From contig CAVSZB010000007.1 of the NCBI GenBank assembly GCA_963732385.1, positions 1,152,001-1,216,000 on the forward strand: a DNA stretch of 64,000 nt. The letters are read 5' to 3'. A model generated the notes under the pieces. The model was given only the letters and a program-made list of their open reading frames with translations. It had not been told where the DNA came from and did no database searches. Origin of the DNA: an uncultured bacterium (lineage in GTDB: Bacteria > Krumholzibacteriota > Krumholzibacteriia > LZORAL124-64-63). Positions 40,125 to 49,171 of the stretch are shown here, piece after piece. Numbering within the stretch: the stretch's first letter is position 1; the number at the start of each line of letters is the position of its first letter. Both the position numbers and the translations under genes were made by a program.

Positions 40125-41483
40125 TCACAGGACGTTGAACGTGGTCGAGTGGGTGTTGATCAGGACCGGCTGCGACTCCTCGCGCGGCACCTTCAGGTGT
40201 TCGGCCACCGAGGAGACGAGGCGGGAGTACCACACTTCGGCCGTGATCGTGACCACCCCGGGCGCGACGTCGTTGGGCAGTTTCCAGCTGAAGGTTTCGT
40301 TCACCGCGGCGAGCGGCGCCAGCCGGTAGTCGGGACCGAAGGAGGCGGTGCCCCACTGCGCGACCGTCATCCGGCCCTGCGGATCGAGGTACGGCAGCCG
40401 GAAGATGCGGTCGCCCGCAGGCACCTCGCCGTCGCGCTTGAGCCCGGGAAAGCCGGCCACGCCGGTGATGTCGCCGATGTCCTGGTAGGCCATCGCCGTC
40501 GCCGAGGCGATCGTCATCTCCTCGCCGGCGAATCCCTTGGCGTCGACCGGCAGATGCCACGTCCGCCCGGCGGCATCGCGGGCCGTCACGTGCAGCCAGA
40601 GCACCCGTTCCTCGGCCGAGCCCGACGGGACCTTGTGGCCCGCCTTCGCATTGACCAGCACGGCGGTCAGCTTGACCGGGTCGCCCGGCTCCGCCTCGCG
40701 CGCCTCGGGGTGGATCCGCACCTCGACCACGCCGGCCAGCTTGCCGGGATCGTGCGCGCCGTGGAACAGGTGCTGGCGCACGTCGGGCAGCGCCTCGCTG
40801 ACAGCCGCGGCGTATCCGGCGGCGGGCGGCATGTGGCAGTCCTGGCAGACGATGCCACCCTTCCCCTGCGGCCCTTCCTTCCACTCCAGATGCGTCGACT
40901 TCACCCAGAGGCCCCACGGGTTCTTCTCGTTGTGGCAGGTGCCGCAGAACTCGGCGGTGCCGAGGAACGGATTGACCGCGATGCCATGATAGGGACTCTC
41001 GCGACCGGCACGGGTGCCCTGCTTCACGGATCCCGGCTCGCTGATCCAGTTGAAATTGAACGGCGTGTCGCCCGCGAAGCCGGTGATCGTGTGACAGAGA
41101 TCGCATGACACGCTCTCGTTGGCCCGACTGTTGGCCGCCGGATGCGGCGGCGGCACGTCGCCGGCCAGGAAGGCCAGCGGCGCGTGGCAGCCGTTGCAGC
41201 CGGCCTTCACGCCCGCCACCTTCATCTCCTTTTCAGCGTGCGGCACCGCGAGCGCGAAATACTCGATTTCGTCCCAGTGGTGTGTGTAAGCCTGCGACAT
41301 CATCGCCTGTTCGTGCTGCCGGGCGGCATCGACATGGCAGGTCGCGCAGGCCTGCGGACGCTCGTAGTCGTCGTACTTGCGACTGCCGAGCGCGTCATCC
41401 CCGGCCTTGGGTTGAGCCGATGCGACCACGGCGGCCAGCAGCAAAGGTGCGGAAACCATCAATGCGATCCTTGCGGCACGCAT
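40125..41483 (-). CDS. Periplasmic pentaheme cytochrome c with C-terminal beta-sandwich-like extension
   Basis: Signal peptide; CATCH, CNGCH, CDLCH, CGTCH, CQDCH; N.KAGHKVPSG; GGAGG RBS. Confidence 0.88.
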   Translation of the reverse strand: MRAARIALMVSAPLLLAAVVASAQPKAGDDALGSRKYDDYERPQACATCHVDAARQHEQAMMSQAYTHHWDEIEYFALAVPHAEKEMKVAGVKAGCNGCHAPLAFLAGDVPPPHPAANSRANESVSCDLCHTITGFAGDTPFNFNWISEPGSVKQGTRAGRESPYHGIAVNPFLGTAEFCGTCHNEKNPWGLWVKSTHLEWKEGPQGKGGIVCQDCHMPPAAGYAAAVSEALPDVRQHLFHGAHDPGKLAGVVEVRIHPEAREAEPGDPVKLTAVLVNAKAGHKVPSGSAEERVLWLHVTARDAAGRTWHLPVDAKGFAGEEMTIASATAMAYQDIGDITGVAGFPGLKRDGEVPAGDRIFRLPYLDPQGRMTVAQWGTASFGPDYRLAPLAAVNETFSWKLPNDVAPGVVTITAEVWYSRLVSSVAEHLKVPREESQPVLINTHSTTFNVL

Positions 41484-41669
41484 GAAATACCTCCTCCGGA
41501 AGTCGACACCGATTCGTGGCCGGGGATGTGCGGAGAATGTCCGGTCGATCGGGTGTTGTCAATGGCCGGGTGCCTCGTCAGCGACCGGGCCGGCTTGACA
41601 CCCCCGACGAACGATCGGAAATTGTGCGCAACGAATTCCCGCCCCCGACTCCGGACCACGAAGGATGCT

Positions 41670-41996
41670 GTGAACGCGGCCTCCGACACGCCGACCGGAA
41701 GCGCTCCCGGGCGCAGGCGCCGCCAGGCCACGGCTCTGGCGACGTGTCACCTGCTGCTGTTCGTCGTCCTGCCCATGGCGCACGCGGCGCTGCCGATACA
41801 CGACAGTTCCGCGGGCGCGCACGCCTGCCCCCTTTGCCAGAGCCTCCAGCGGGGGATCGACGCGCTTCCGACCGGAAACATCGACGCGGTCCAGGCGGCC
41901 CCGTTGGCCGCGTCGCTGGTCGAGCGACCCGCCGCCGCCCTCCAGTCCGACGACAACCACGACCCCGCCGCACCTCGGGCACCACCCCCCGCCTGA
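41670..41996 (+). CDS. DUF2946-like leader protein with CxxC and C-terminal RAPP
   Basis: Basic region, hydrophobic helix, H..H...HACPLC, ends PRAPPPA*; lies just upstream of an outer-membrane protein gene; start uncertain. Confidence 0.7.
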   Translation: MNAASDTPTGSAPGRRRRQATALATCHLLLFVVLPMAHAALPIHDSSAGAHACPLCQSLQRGIDALPTGNIDAVQAAPLAASLVERPAAALQSDDNHDPAAPRAPPPA

Positions 41997-42124
41997 CCTC
42001 CGGCCGCGCGTCAGCGCGCCGATCGGTTCCTGAGTCACCAGTCGCCGCCGCCTGGCGCCCCGGACCCCGCGTCCGCGCGTCACCACGGCTGTGCCCGCCA
42101 CTCCGGACCTGGAGGACAGGCCCC

Positions 42125-43267
42125 ATGCCTCGACGTATCCTGACGCCACTATTCGGCGTGCTGACACTCCTGCTGGCCGGCGCACCGGCGCTGGCCGGTG
42201 TGGCCAATCCCGACCTGTCGGCGATCGGTCAGCCGTTCCTGAGACTGACCACCGAGCCCGCCAACCCTGACCGCGACCGCCCGCGGATGGACCCCGGCGA
42301 AACCGAACTTGTCTTCGACGCCTTCCTGAACCCGTATGCCAGGGGCTGCTTCACCCTCGCGCTCGACGAGGAGGGGCTGGCGCTGGAGGAGGGCTACTTC
42401 ACGCTCCTGCGCGGACTGCCCGGTGGCCTGAACCTCAAGGGAGGCAAGTACCGCGTCGGCTTCGGCAAGCTCAACGCGGCCCACCCCCACACCTATCCAT
42501 TCTTCGAGCGATTTCGCGTGCTTTCGACCTATCTGCCTGGAGAAGAATCGTTTAACGAAACAGGAATCTCGCTGTCCGAGCGGCTGCCGAGCCCGGGCGA
42601 GTCCTCGCTCACGGCGTCGGTGGACTGGCTGCAGGGGGATTCCTTCCGGCGACCGCGCGAAGCGACCGTCGACGAAAACGATCCGCTGGCGACGGACGAG
42701 GCCGGCGACCGCGCGGGCGAGTCGCGGCCCGCGGTCCTGGGCCGGCTGAGCGCCTTCACCATGGTGGGCGAACGGTCCGGCCTCGAGCTGGGAATGTCGG
42801 CTGCGCACGGCACCAACAACGTTGCGGCCGCGACCCGCACAACGATCTGGGGCGCCGACGCCAAGGCGAAGCTCTGGACTTCCGAACGCGCCTGCCTGCT
42901 GCTGCAGGCCGAGGCGCTCAGGCTCCGACGCGACGACGCCGGTTGGGACGCCGAAACGGGCGCCTGCCAACTCGAGCGGGTCGACTCCTGGGGCTGGTAC
43001 GCCTTCGCCGACTGGAACCTCAGCCCGCGCTGGAATGTCGGCGGATCGTACGAACGGTTCCAGCGCGACGACGCAGCGCGGAAGTGGGACCACGCGGTCG
43101 GCCTCTTCGCCGGCTGCGCGTTGATGGAGGAAACCACCGTCTTCCGCCTCGGGTGGGAACGGTTCCAGGCCGCGACCGCGGCTGAAGAGCCGGTACCCGA
43201 GGCCATAGACACCTTCACGCTGCGGGTCATCTTCGCGATGGGCCCGCACAAGGCGCACCAGTTCTGA
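42125..43267 (+). CDS. Outer-membrane beta-barrel linked to metal uptake
   Basis: Signal peptide, NPDLSAIG, FGKLNAAHPH, C-terminal GPHKAHQF; GGAGGA RBS. Confidence 0.78.
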   Translation: MPRRILTPLFGVLTLLLAGAPALAGVANPDLSAIGQPFLRLTTEPANPDRDRPRMDPGETELVFDAFLNPYARGCFTLALDEEGLALEEGYFTLLRGLPGGLNLKGGKYRVGFGKLNAAHPHTYPFFERFRVLSTYLPGEESFNETGISLSERLPSPGESSLTASVDWLQGDSFRRPREATVDENDPLATDEAGDRAGESRPAVLGRLSAFTMVGERSGLELGMSAAHGTNNVAAATRTTIWGADAKAKLWTSERACLLLQAEALRLRRDDAGWDAETGACQLERVDSWGWYAFADWNLSPRWNVGGSYERFQRDDAARKWDHAVGLFAGCALMEETTVFRLGWERFQAATAAEEPVPEAIDTFTLRVIFAMGPHKAHQF

Positions 43268-43284
43268 CCGGGAGGAACCAGCCG

Positions 43285-44181
43285 ATGAATCCGAGAATCG
43301 TCCTGCGGACCGGCGCCGTCCTGGCGCTGGCGTTCATGCTGGCCGCGCCACCGCCGGCGGCGGCGAAAGTGAAGGTGGTGGCCTCGCTCACCGATCTCGG
43401 GTCGATCGCCGCCGCGGTGGGCGGCGACCAGATCGAGGTGACCGCCGTGGCGAGACCCGCGTCGGACGCGCACCGCGTCGAGGTGCTGCCCTCGTACATG
43501 GTGCGCGTGTCACGCGCGCAGTTGTATCTGAAAGTTGGGCTCGGCCTCGATCAGTGGGCCGATCAGATCATCGACGGCTCGCGCAACGGGAAACTCGAGG
43601 TGCTCGACTGCGCGCACCACATCGAACCGCTGGAAAAACCGGGAGGCAGGGTCGACGCCTCCCTTGGCGACGTCCACCCCGACGGCAACCCGCACTACTG
43701 GCTCGACCCGCGCAACGGCGCGCTCGTGGCGCGCGACATCGCCGAAGCGCTCGCCGGGCTCGATCCGGCGCATGCCGACGATTTCCGGCGGCGGGCCGCG
43801 GCGTTCGCCCGGAAATGCGCGGCGAGCCAGACTGCTGCCGCCGCCACGGTGGCCGCGCTGCCCGTGAAGGCCGTCATCACCTACCACTCGTCGTGGGTGT
43901 ACTTCGCCCACGCGACCGGTCTCGAGATCGCCGGCACGGTTGAGCCGGTGCCGGGCATCCCCCCGACCGCCCGTCACCTGCAGGAACTGGTTGGTCTCAT
44001 CCGTGAACAACAGGTGCCGGTCGTGCTGCAGGAACCATACTTTTCCAACGAGGCGCCCGCGTTTCTCGCTCGAGAGGCGGGGGTGAGGGTGGCGATGGTG
44101 TCGGCGTCATGCGACGACGTCACGCCGGACAGCTACCTCGCCCATTTCAACCACGTGGTCGAACTGATCGCCGGGCGCTGA
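43285..44181 (+). CDS. Metal ABC transporter substrate-binding protein (ZnuA/TroA cluster)
   Basis: DAH, GDVHPDGNPHYWLDP, TYHSSWVYF, EPVPGIPPT. Confidence 0.9.
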   Translation: MNPRIVLRTGAVLALAFMLAAPPPAAAKVKVVASLTDLGSIAAAVGGDQIEVTAVARPASDAHRVEVLPSYMVRVSRAQLYLKVGLGLDQWADQIIDGSRNGKLEVLDCAHHIEPLEKPGGRVDASLGDVHPDGNPHYWLDPRNGALVARDIAEALAGLDPAHADDFRRRAAAFARKCAASQTAAAATVAALPVKAVITYHSSWVYFAHATGLEIAGTVEPVPGIPPTARHLQELVGLIREQQVPVVLQEPYFSNEAPAFLAREAGVRVAMVSASCDDVTPDSYLAHFNHVVELIAGR

Positions 44182-44245
44182 GCGCCCCGTCCGCGCGGCG
44201 GGAAGCGGAACGACCCGCCTCCGCCGCACCACAGCTTCCCGGGGA

Positions 44246-45157
44246 GTGACCATGGAGGCCCTGCAACTGCCCTTCTTCCGCACCGCCCTGTTGGCGAGTT
44301 TCATCCTGGCCGGCATCCACGCCTACCTCGGTTTCCATGTGGTGCGCCGCGGCGTGATCTTCGTCGACCTCGCGCTGGCGCAGATGGCGGCACTGGGCGT
44401 GGCGGTGGCGGTCGTTCTCAATCGTCACGAAAATCCCCTTCAGACCTACGCCCTGGCGCTGGCCATGACGCTGATCGGCGCGGCCAGCTTCGCCTGGCTG
44501 CGGGGGCAGGAGCGGCGGCACGTGCCGCTGGAGGCGTTCATCGGGATCGTCTTCGCCACCGCGCAGGCGCTGGTCTTCCTGATCCTGGAAAAGAGTCCGG
44601 CCGGACCGGAGCATCTGAAGGAGACGCTGGTGGGCTCCCTGTTCACCGCGGACCCGCGCCACGTCTGGAAGACAGCCATCCTCTACGCCGTGATCGGCCT
44701 CGCCCACTGGCTGCTGCGACGCCCGTTCTTCGAGATCACGAACGACGCCGAGGGAGCCCGCCTGCGCGGACGGAACCTGTTCCTGTGGGACTTCCTCTTC
44801 TACGCGATCTTCGGCTGCGTCGTCACGTCGTCGGTCCAGATTGCCGGCGTGCTGCTCGTGTTCGGCCTGCTGGTGATCCCGGCGGTGGCCGGTCTGATGA
44901 CGACCTCGCGCACCGGACCGGCGCTCGCCGTGGGCTGGGGGTTCGGATTCCTGGCCTGCCTGACCGGCCTGTGGGGATCGGTGCGGCTCGACCTGCCGGC
45001 GGCGCCGAGCATTCTCCTGGCGCTGAGCGGCCTGCTGGTGCTGCTCGGCCCCGGCCTGGCGCTGCGGCGCGGATGCGACCGGGATCAGGCGTCGGCAAGC
45101 CTCGCGAGGGCAGCGTTGAGGTCCGACACGCCTTCGCGCCGACGTCCCTCCATGTAG
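44246..45157 (+). CDS. Metal ABC transporter permease (ZnuB/ABC-3 family)
   Basis: GFHVVRRGVIFVDLALAQMAALG, SVQIAGVLLVFGLLVIPA. Confidence 0.88.
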   Translation: MTMEALQLPFFRTALLASFILAGIHAYLGFHVVRRGVIFVDLALAQMAALGVAVAVVLNRHENPLQTYALALAMTLIGAASFAWLRGQERRHVPLEAFIGIVFATAQALVFLILEKSPAGPEHLKETLVGSLFTADPRHVWKTAILYAVIGLAHWLLRRPFFEITNDAEGARLRGRNLFLWDFLFYAIFGCVVTSSVQIAGVLLVFGLLVIPAVAGLMTTSRTGPALAVGWGFGFLACLTGLWGSVRLDLPAAPSILLALSGLLVLLGPGLALRRGCDRDQASASLARAALRSDTPSRRRPSM

Positions 45158-47094
45158 TACCGGAGCACGGCGTCGGTGCCCGAGGCGCGCAGCATGAACC
45201 ACTGTCCGTCGAACTCGATCAGGGTGCCGTCGCCGGCCCAGAAGATCCTCCGCACGGGCGGCAGCGGCGTGCCGGCCGGCAGTCGCGAGCGAAGAGCCGT
45301 TTCCGCCGCGGCCGGTGTCATCGCCTCGAGGGAGCGGAAGTAAGCCACGGTCGCTTCCTTCTTCGCATTGCCAACGGCGCGGGCCGCGTCGCGCGCAGCT
45401 CCGCGCAGCGACTCGTCGGCCAGGGTGACGTCACGACGTTCGTAGAAACGGTGCGTGATCCCGTAGTGATCGAGACGATCCAGATAGTAACGCGCGAAGC
45501 TGCTCCCCTCAAGATGCAGCCGGGCCGCCAGCGCCAGCGACAGCACGCCGACCTGCATGCCGTCCTTCTCCTTCGGCGCGAGGGAACGGGCGCCGTCGTG
45601 ACAGCTGGCGAGCCAGTCCCCGTAGCCCATTGCCGCGCCGCCGCTCTCCTCGGCCATGATCAGCAGCCGCGGCCGGGGGCCGAACTCCGTGGCGACCCCT
45701 GTCGTGTCGACGGCGCGCGCGGCGACATCGCCGGCGTCATCGTCGGCGAGCTGGTCCTCGAGGTCGCGCACGAGCGCGGCGAAGTGCTTGAAGCCGACCG
45801 GCACGCGGAATGTCCTGAGCGCCGTCCCGTGCCGACGGTTGAACGCCTCGGCAAGCTCGCCGATGCTGCGGCTCGTCGGCCAGGTGGTGGCAACGATCCA
45901 GTCGCGCGTCGCCAGATCCCCGGTCGCCTGCAGGCTTTCGAGCCGGAGCGCCGTCAGCATGAAGTAGATCTGGTTCGGCTTGAAGAACACCAGGCAGCGG
46001 CCCGCGTCGAGTGCGTCGACCTCGAGGCCCGCGGCCACGGCGGACGCCGCGAGATCGGCCGGCGCGGTGGTGACCATGTTGAAACGATCGCCGTCGGGAT
46101 CCCAGAGGAAGAAGACGTGCGCGCGTTCGTCGCGCAGCAGGCGCTGCGCTCCGACGTTCTTGTAGACCTGCGACTTGCCCGGATCGACGCCATGGTTGAC
46201 GCCATCGAGCGTGCCGATGCCGTAGTAATCGGACCGTTCCGCGAAATGGGTGAAGAAGACAGCGCCCGCCGGATCGCCCGCGGACAAGCCCCCCTCAACG
46301 CCGGTCGGCGACGGGGCCACGCCCAGGCCCAGGCCGGCGAAAACGCGGAGCGCCGTCGCCCCCATCGAACCCCCCTCGCAGCCGAAGGCGGCCCGGAAAC
46401 CGGCATCCGCAGCGGCGCGCACGTCGTCGAGCAACGCGGTCGGCACGATGCCGCGCAGCGCGGTGACATAGTCTTCCACCGGATCGAAGTCGCGCCGGAT
46501 GAGCGGATCCGCGGCGGACGCCAGGCGCACCTCCAGCCCCTCGGTCGAGGCGCGCGCGGCCAGGGCGCGCACCCGGTCGGCGATCGCGTCGGCCAGTTCG
46601 AGCAGCTGGCCGCCGCTGTCGTCCATCGGCTTCCAGCCCCCCTTGTAATTCTGGCTGTGCGACGCGGTGAAATTCTCCCCTCCGGCCAGTTCCTCGCAGA
46701 AGACGCCGAACGAGGAGAGCCAGATCGGCGTCGTGGGCTGCGCCGGCGGGCGCAGGCGGACCGCGATGCCGTGCGCCGCGTAGATCCGCGCCGCCAGGTC
46801 GATGAACGCCGGCGTGTGCGGGCGCACCTCGCCACCGACGTGCAGTTCGTCGAGCCCTTCCTCGAGCGCCAGCTGGGCGCGGGCCTCGAGCACGAGCGCC
46901 AGCGTGAGGCTGTTGAACGGAACGTCGAGACTGTGCGGGTCGTCGGGATCGAGCAGGTCCCGCCAGCCGGCGGTGCCGAGCTGGAATTCGGACGCCCAGG
47001 CCAGGAGACCCGCGCGCGCAGCGAGCGCGGGGGTGATGGCTACAACCTCGGCGCGGACGGCGCCGGGGGTAAACAGGGACAGGCTCGCGCTCAT
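45085..47094 (-). CDS. Divergent alpha-D-phosphohexomutase (PGM/PMM superfamily)
   Basis: LGTAGWR, FTASHS, WDPDGDR, PVGFKH, AEESGG, EKDG, LRASGTDAVLRYY. Confidence 0.85.
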   Translation of the reverse strand: MSASLSLFTPGAVRAEVVAITPALAARAGLLAWASEFQLGTAGWRDLLDPDDPHSLDVPFNSLTLALVLEARAQLALEEGLDELHVGGEVRPHTPAFIDLAARIYAAHGIAVRLRPPAQPTTPIWLSSFGVFCEELAGGENFTASHSQNYKGGWKPMDDSGGQLLELADAIADRVRALAARASTEGLEVRLASAADPLIRRDFDPVEDYVTALRGIVPTALLDDVRAAADAGFRAAFGCEGGSMGATALRVFAGLGLGVAPSPTGVEGGLSAGDPAGAVFFTHFAERSDYYGIGTLDGVNHGVDPGKSQVYKNVGAQRLLRDERAHVFFLWDPDGDRFNMVTTAPADLAASAVAAGLEVDALDAGRCLVFFKPNQIYFMLTALRLESLQATGDLATRDWIVATTWPTSRSIGELAEAFNRRHGTALRTFRVPVGFKHFAALVRDLEDQLADDDAGDVAARAVDTTGVATEFGPRPRLLIMAEESGGAAMGYGDWLASCHDGARSLAPKEKDGMQVGVLSLALAARLHLEGSSFARYYLDRLDHYGITHRFYERRDVTLADESLRGAARDAARAVGNAKKEATVAYFRSLEAMTPAAAETALRSRLPAGTPLPPVRRIFWAGDGTLIEFDGQWFMLRASGTDAVLRYYMEGRRREGVSDLNAALARLADA

Positions 47095-47137
47095 CGGCTC
47101 GCTCCTCGGCGGTCAGGATCGTGACGGGCGGAGGAAC

Positions 47138-48193
47138 TCAGTCGTCGCCGGCGCCGGACGGACGCCCGGGACCCCGTCCCCGCCGCCCGGGCCCGCCGGG
47201 GCGGCCGCCGGGACGGCCGCCGACGCGCGGCGGCTGCTGGCCGCGCGACTCGACCGCAAAATCGGGGTGGGCCTCCGGCTCTCCCTCGTGGTCCGGGCGC
47301 CGACCGCGGGACTCCGGCGGTCGGCCGTCGCGCGTGGGGCCGGGCCGGCCGCGCCGCGGCCCGCCGGGACCACCCTGCCCGCCGGGCGGGTGTCCCCCTG
47401 AGCCACCGCCGCGCGGCCCGCCGGGGCGACCGCGCCCGCCCTCTCCCCCGCGCGCCTCACCCGGCCGTCTCTGCGGATGCTCGCCGGAGGCCTTGTCCGG
47501 GCGCCGGTTTCCCGACTGATCTCCGTCGCGGGACTGCCCGCGGGGCTGGCCGCGGGGTCGGCCGCGGTGCGTCGGCCCGCCTCCCCGATCCACCGGACCG
47601 GCCGGCAGGTGCTTCGGGAAGAGACGATGTCCCACCCAGTCCTCATAGAGCCGCAGCGCCTCGCGCGTCCAGCGTTCCACTACCTGCACGCGCAATATCC
47701 GGAGTTCCTTGCGATGCGAATGAAACACCCGCGCGCACTCGAACGGACGCACGGGGTAGATCGTGCACTTGCCGTGATCAAAGAAGATGCAGCGCCCCGG
47801 TTCAGCCACTTCGCCAAGGGTCCAGAGCTGGCCCGGCTTCTTGTGATCGCGCAGCTTGTGCGGCATGACGCCGTGGCGCTTCGATCCGTCGGGCATCTCT
47901 GCCGTACTGACGGCAAGGTGCTTCTGGAACAGCGCCTCGAGCGTGAGGTTCAGGTAGTCGGCCAGCCGGTCCAACTCCTCCGGCAGGAACCAGCCGGGCG
48001 AGTTGAGACAGGCATCCTTGCAGTCGTCGCAGCCGCACGACGTGACCGGCCACTCGGCCAGGCGGCGGGGCGCCTGCCACGGCGACCGTGTCTCCTGGGC
48101 CGGTGGCTGACGACGCGGAGCGTGGTCGCCAACCGCGTGGGGCGGCAGCGGGCGAGTCGGACGGCGGGGACGTCCGGAAGAGTGGTCGCTCAT
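47138..48193 (-). CDS. YkgJ-like cysteine-cluster protein with long Arg/Gly/Pro-rich tail
   Basis: CGCDDCKDAC...CIFFDHGKCTIYPVRPFEC; C-terminal about 150 aa low complexity. Confidence 0.75.
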   Translation of the reverse strand: MSDHSSGRPRRPTRPLPPHAVGDHAPRRQPPAQETRSPWQAPRRLAEWPVTSCGCDDCKDACLNSPGWFLPEELDRLADYLNLTLEALFQKHLAVSTAEMPDGSKRHGVMPHKLRDHKKPGQLWTLGEVAEPGRCIFFDHGKCTIYPVRPFECARVFHSHRKELRILRVQVVERWTREALRLYEDWVGHRLFPKHLPAGPVDRGGGPTHRGRPRGQPRGQSRDGDQSGNRRPDKASGEHPQRRPGEARGGEGGRGRPGGPRGGGSGGHPPGGQGGPGGPRRGRPGPTRDGRPPESRGRRPDHEGEPEAHPDFAVESRGQQPPRVGGRPGGRPGGPGRRGRGPGRPSGAGDD

Positions 48194-48284
48194 GTCAGAT
48201 CCTCCGGGCAGAACGTATCACAATTGCCTCAGGCGTTGCACAATTCCACAGGACACAGGAACTGCAGCGTCGGCTCGCGCATGC

Positions 48285-49001
48285 TCACGGTCCCCCGCCG
48301 TTTTCCGGCTTGAAAACCGCCGCGAGGCGGTCGAACCGGTCGATCAGCAGATCCGGCGCGGCCGCGCGCACCAGCGCGGGAGATGTCAGCCCGTAGGTGG
48401 CGCCGACAGCGACGGCGCCGATCCCCCGCGCGGCCAGGATGTCGTTGGGACTGTCCCCCACCACCACCACGTCGGTCGGCGCCAGCGCGAGTCCGTCGAG
48501 ACAGGCCGTCAGGTGACCGGGATCGGGTTTGCGGCGCGGCACGTCATCGGCCGCCACGATCCTCCGGAAACAACCGGCGATGCCCAGACCGACCAGGATC
48601 GTCCGCGTGAAGACGGCCGGCTTGTTCGTCGCCACGGCCAGCGGCACGGCGGAGAAACGGTCCAGAGTCTCGCGAACGCCCGGATAGAGGGCGGTCGCAT
48701 CGAGACAGTGCCGGGCATAGTGTGTCTGGAACAGCGCCACTCCCCGCCGCACGGCATCGTCATCGACCACCGGCGACGCATCGTCGGGATGCGCGGAGTG
48801 GGTCAGCAGACGACGCACGAGCATCGACGCGCCATCGCCCACGAAGCCGAGCACGACCGCCTGCGACAACTCAGGCCGCCCGAGCATCGCGCGCATGTGG
48901 TTCGCGGAGAGCGTAATGTCCGCGCCGGAGTCGGCCAGGGTACCGTCCAGGTCGAAAATGAATGCACCGACGCGGCGTGTCGGGCCTCCGTCGCGCTTCA
49001 T
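48285..49001 (-). CDS. gph: HAD-family hydrolase, phosphoglycolate-phosphatase-like
   Basis: FDLDGTLADS, ATNKP, KPDP, VGDSPNDI, TYG; GGGAGG RBS. Confidence 0.85.
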   Translation of the reverse strand: MKRDGGPTRRVGAFIFDLDGTLADSGADITLSANHMRAMLGRPELSQAVVLGFVGDGASMLVRRLLTHSAHPDDASPVVDDDAVRRGVALFQTHYARHCLDATALYPGVRETLDRFSAVPLAVATNKPAVFTRTILVGLGIAGCFRRIVAADDVPRRKPDPGHLTACLDGLALAPTDVVVVGDSPNDILAARGIGAVAVGATYGLTSPALVRAAAPDLLIDRFDRLAAVFKPENGGGP

Positions 49002-49171
49002 GGCCCTCCCCGGTGGCCCGTGGATCATAGCCCCACAACGCCCGCGGGGCAAGCGGGGGCGTCGCGACGCCACCATTCATCGTTGTCGCACCCGCCGGGC
49101 GACGGTATACTTAACCTCCCGACCAGACGCGGACCGGACGCCCGCCCGGCGCCCTCACGGAAGGAACCGAC

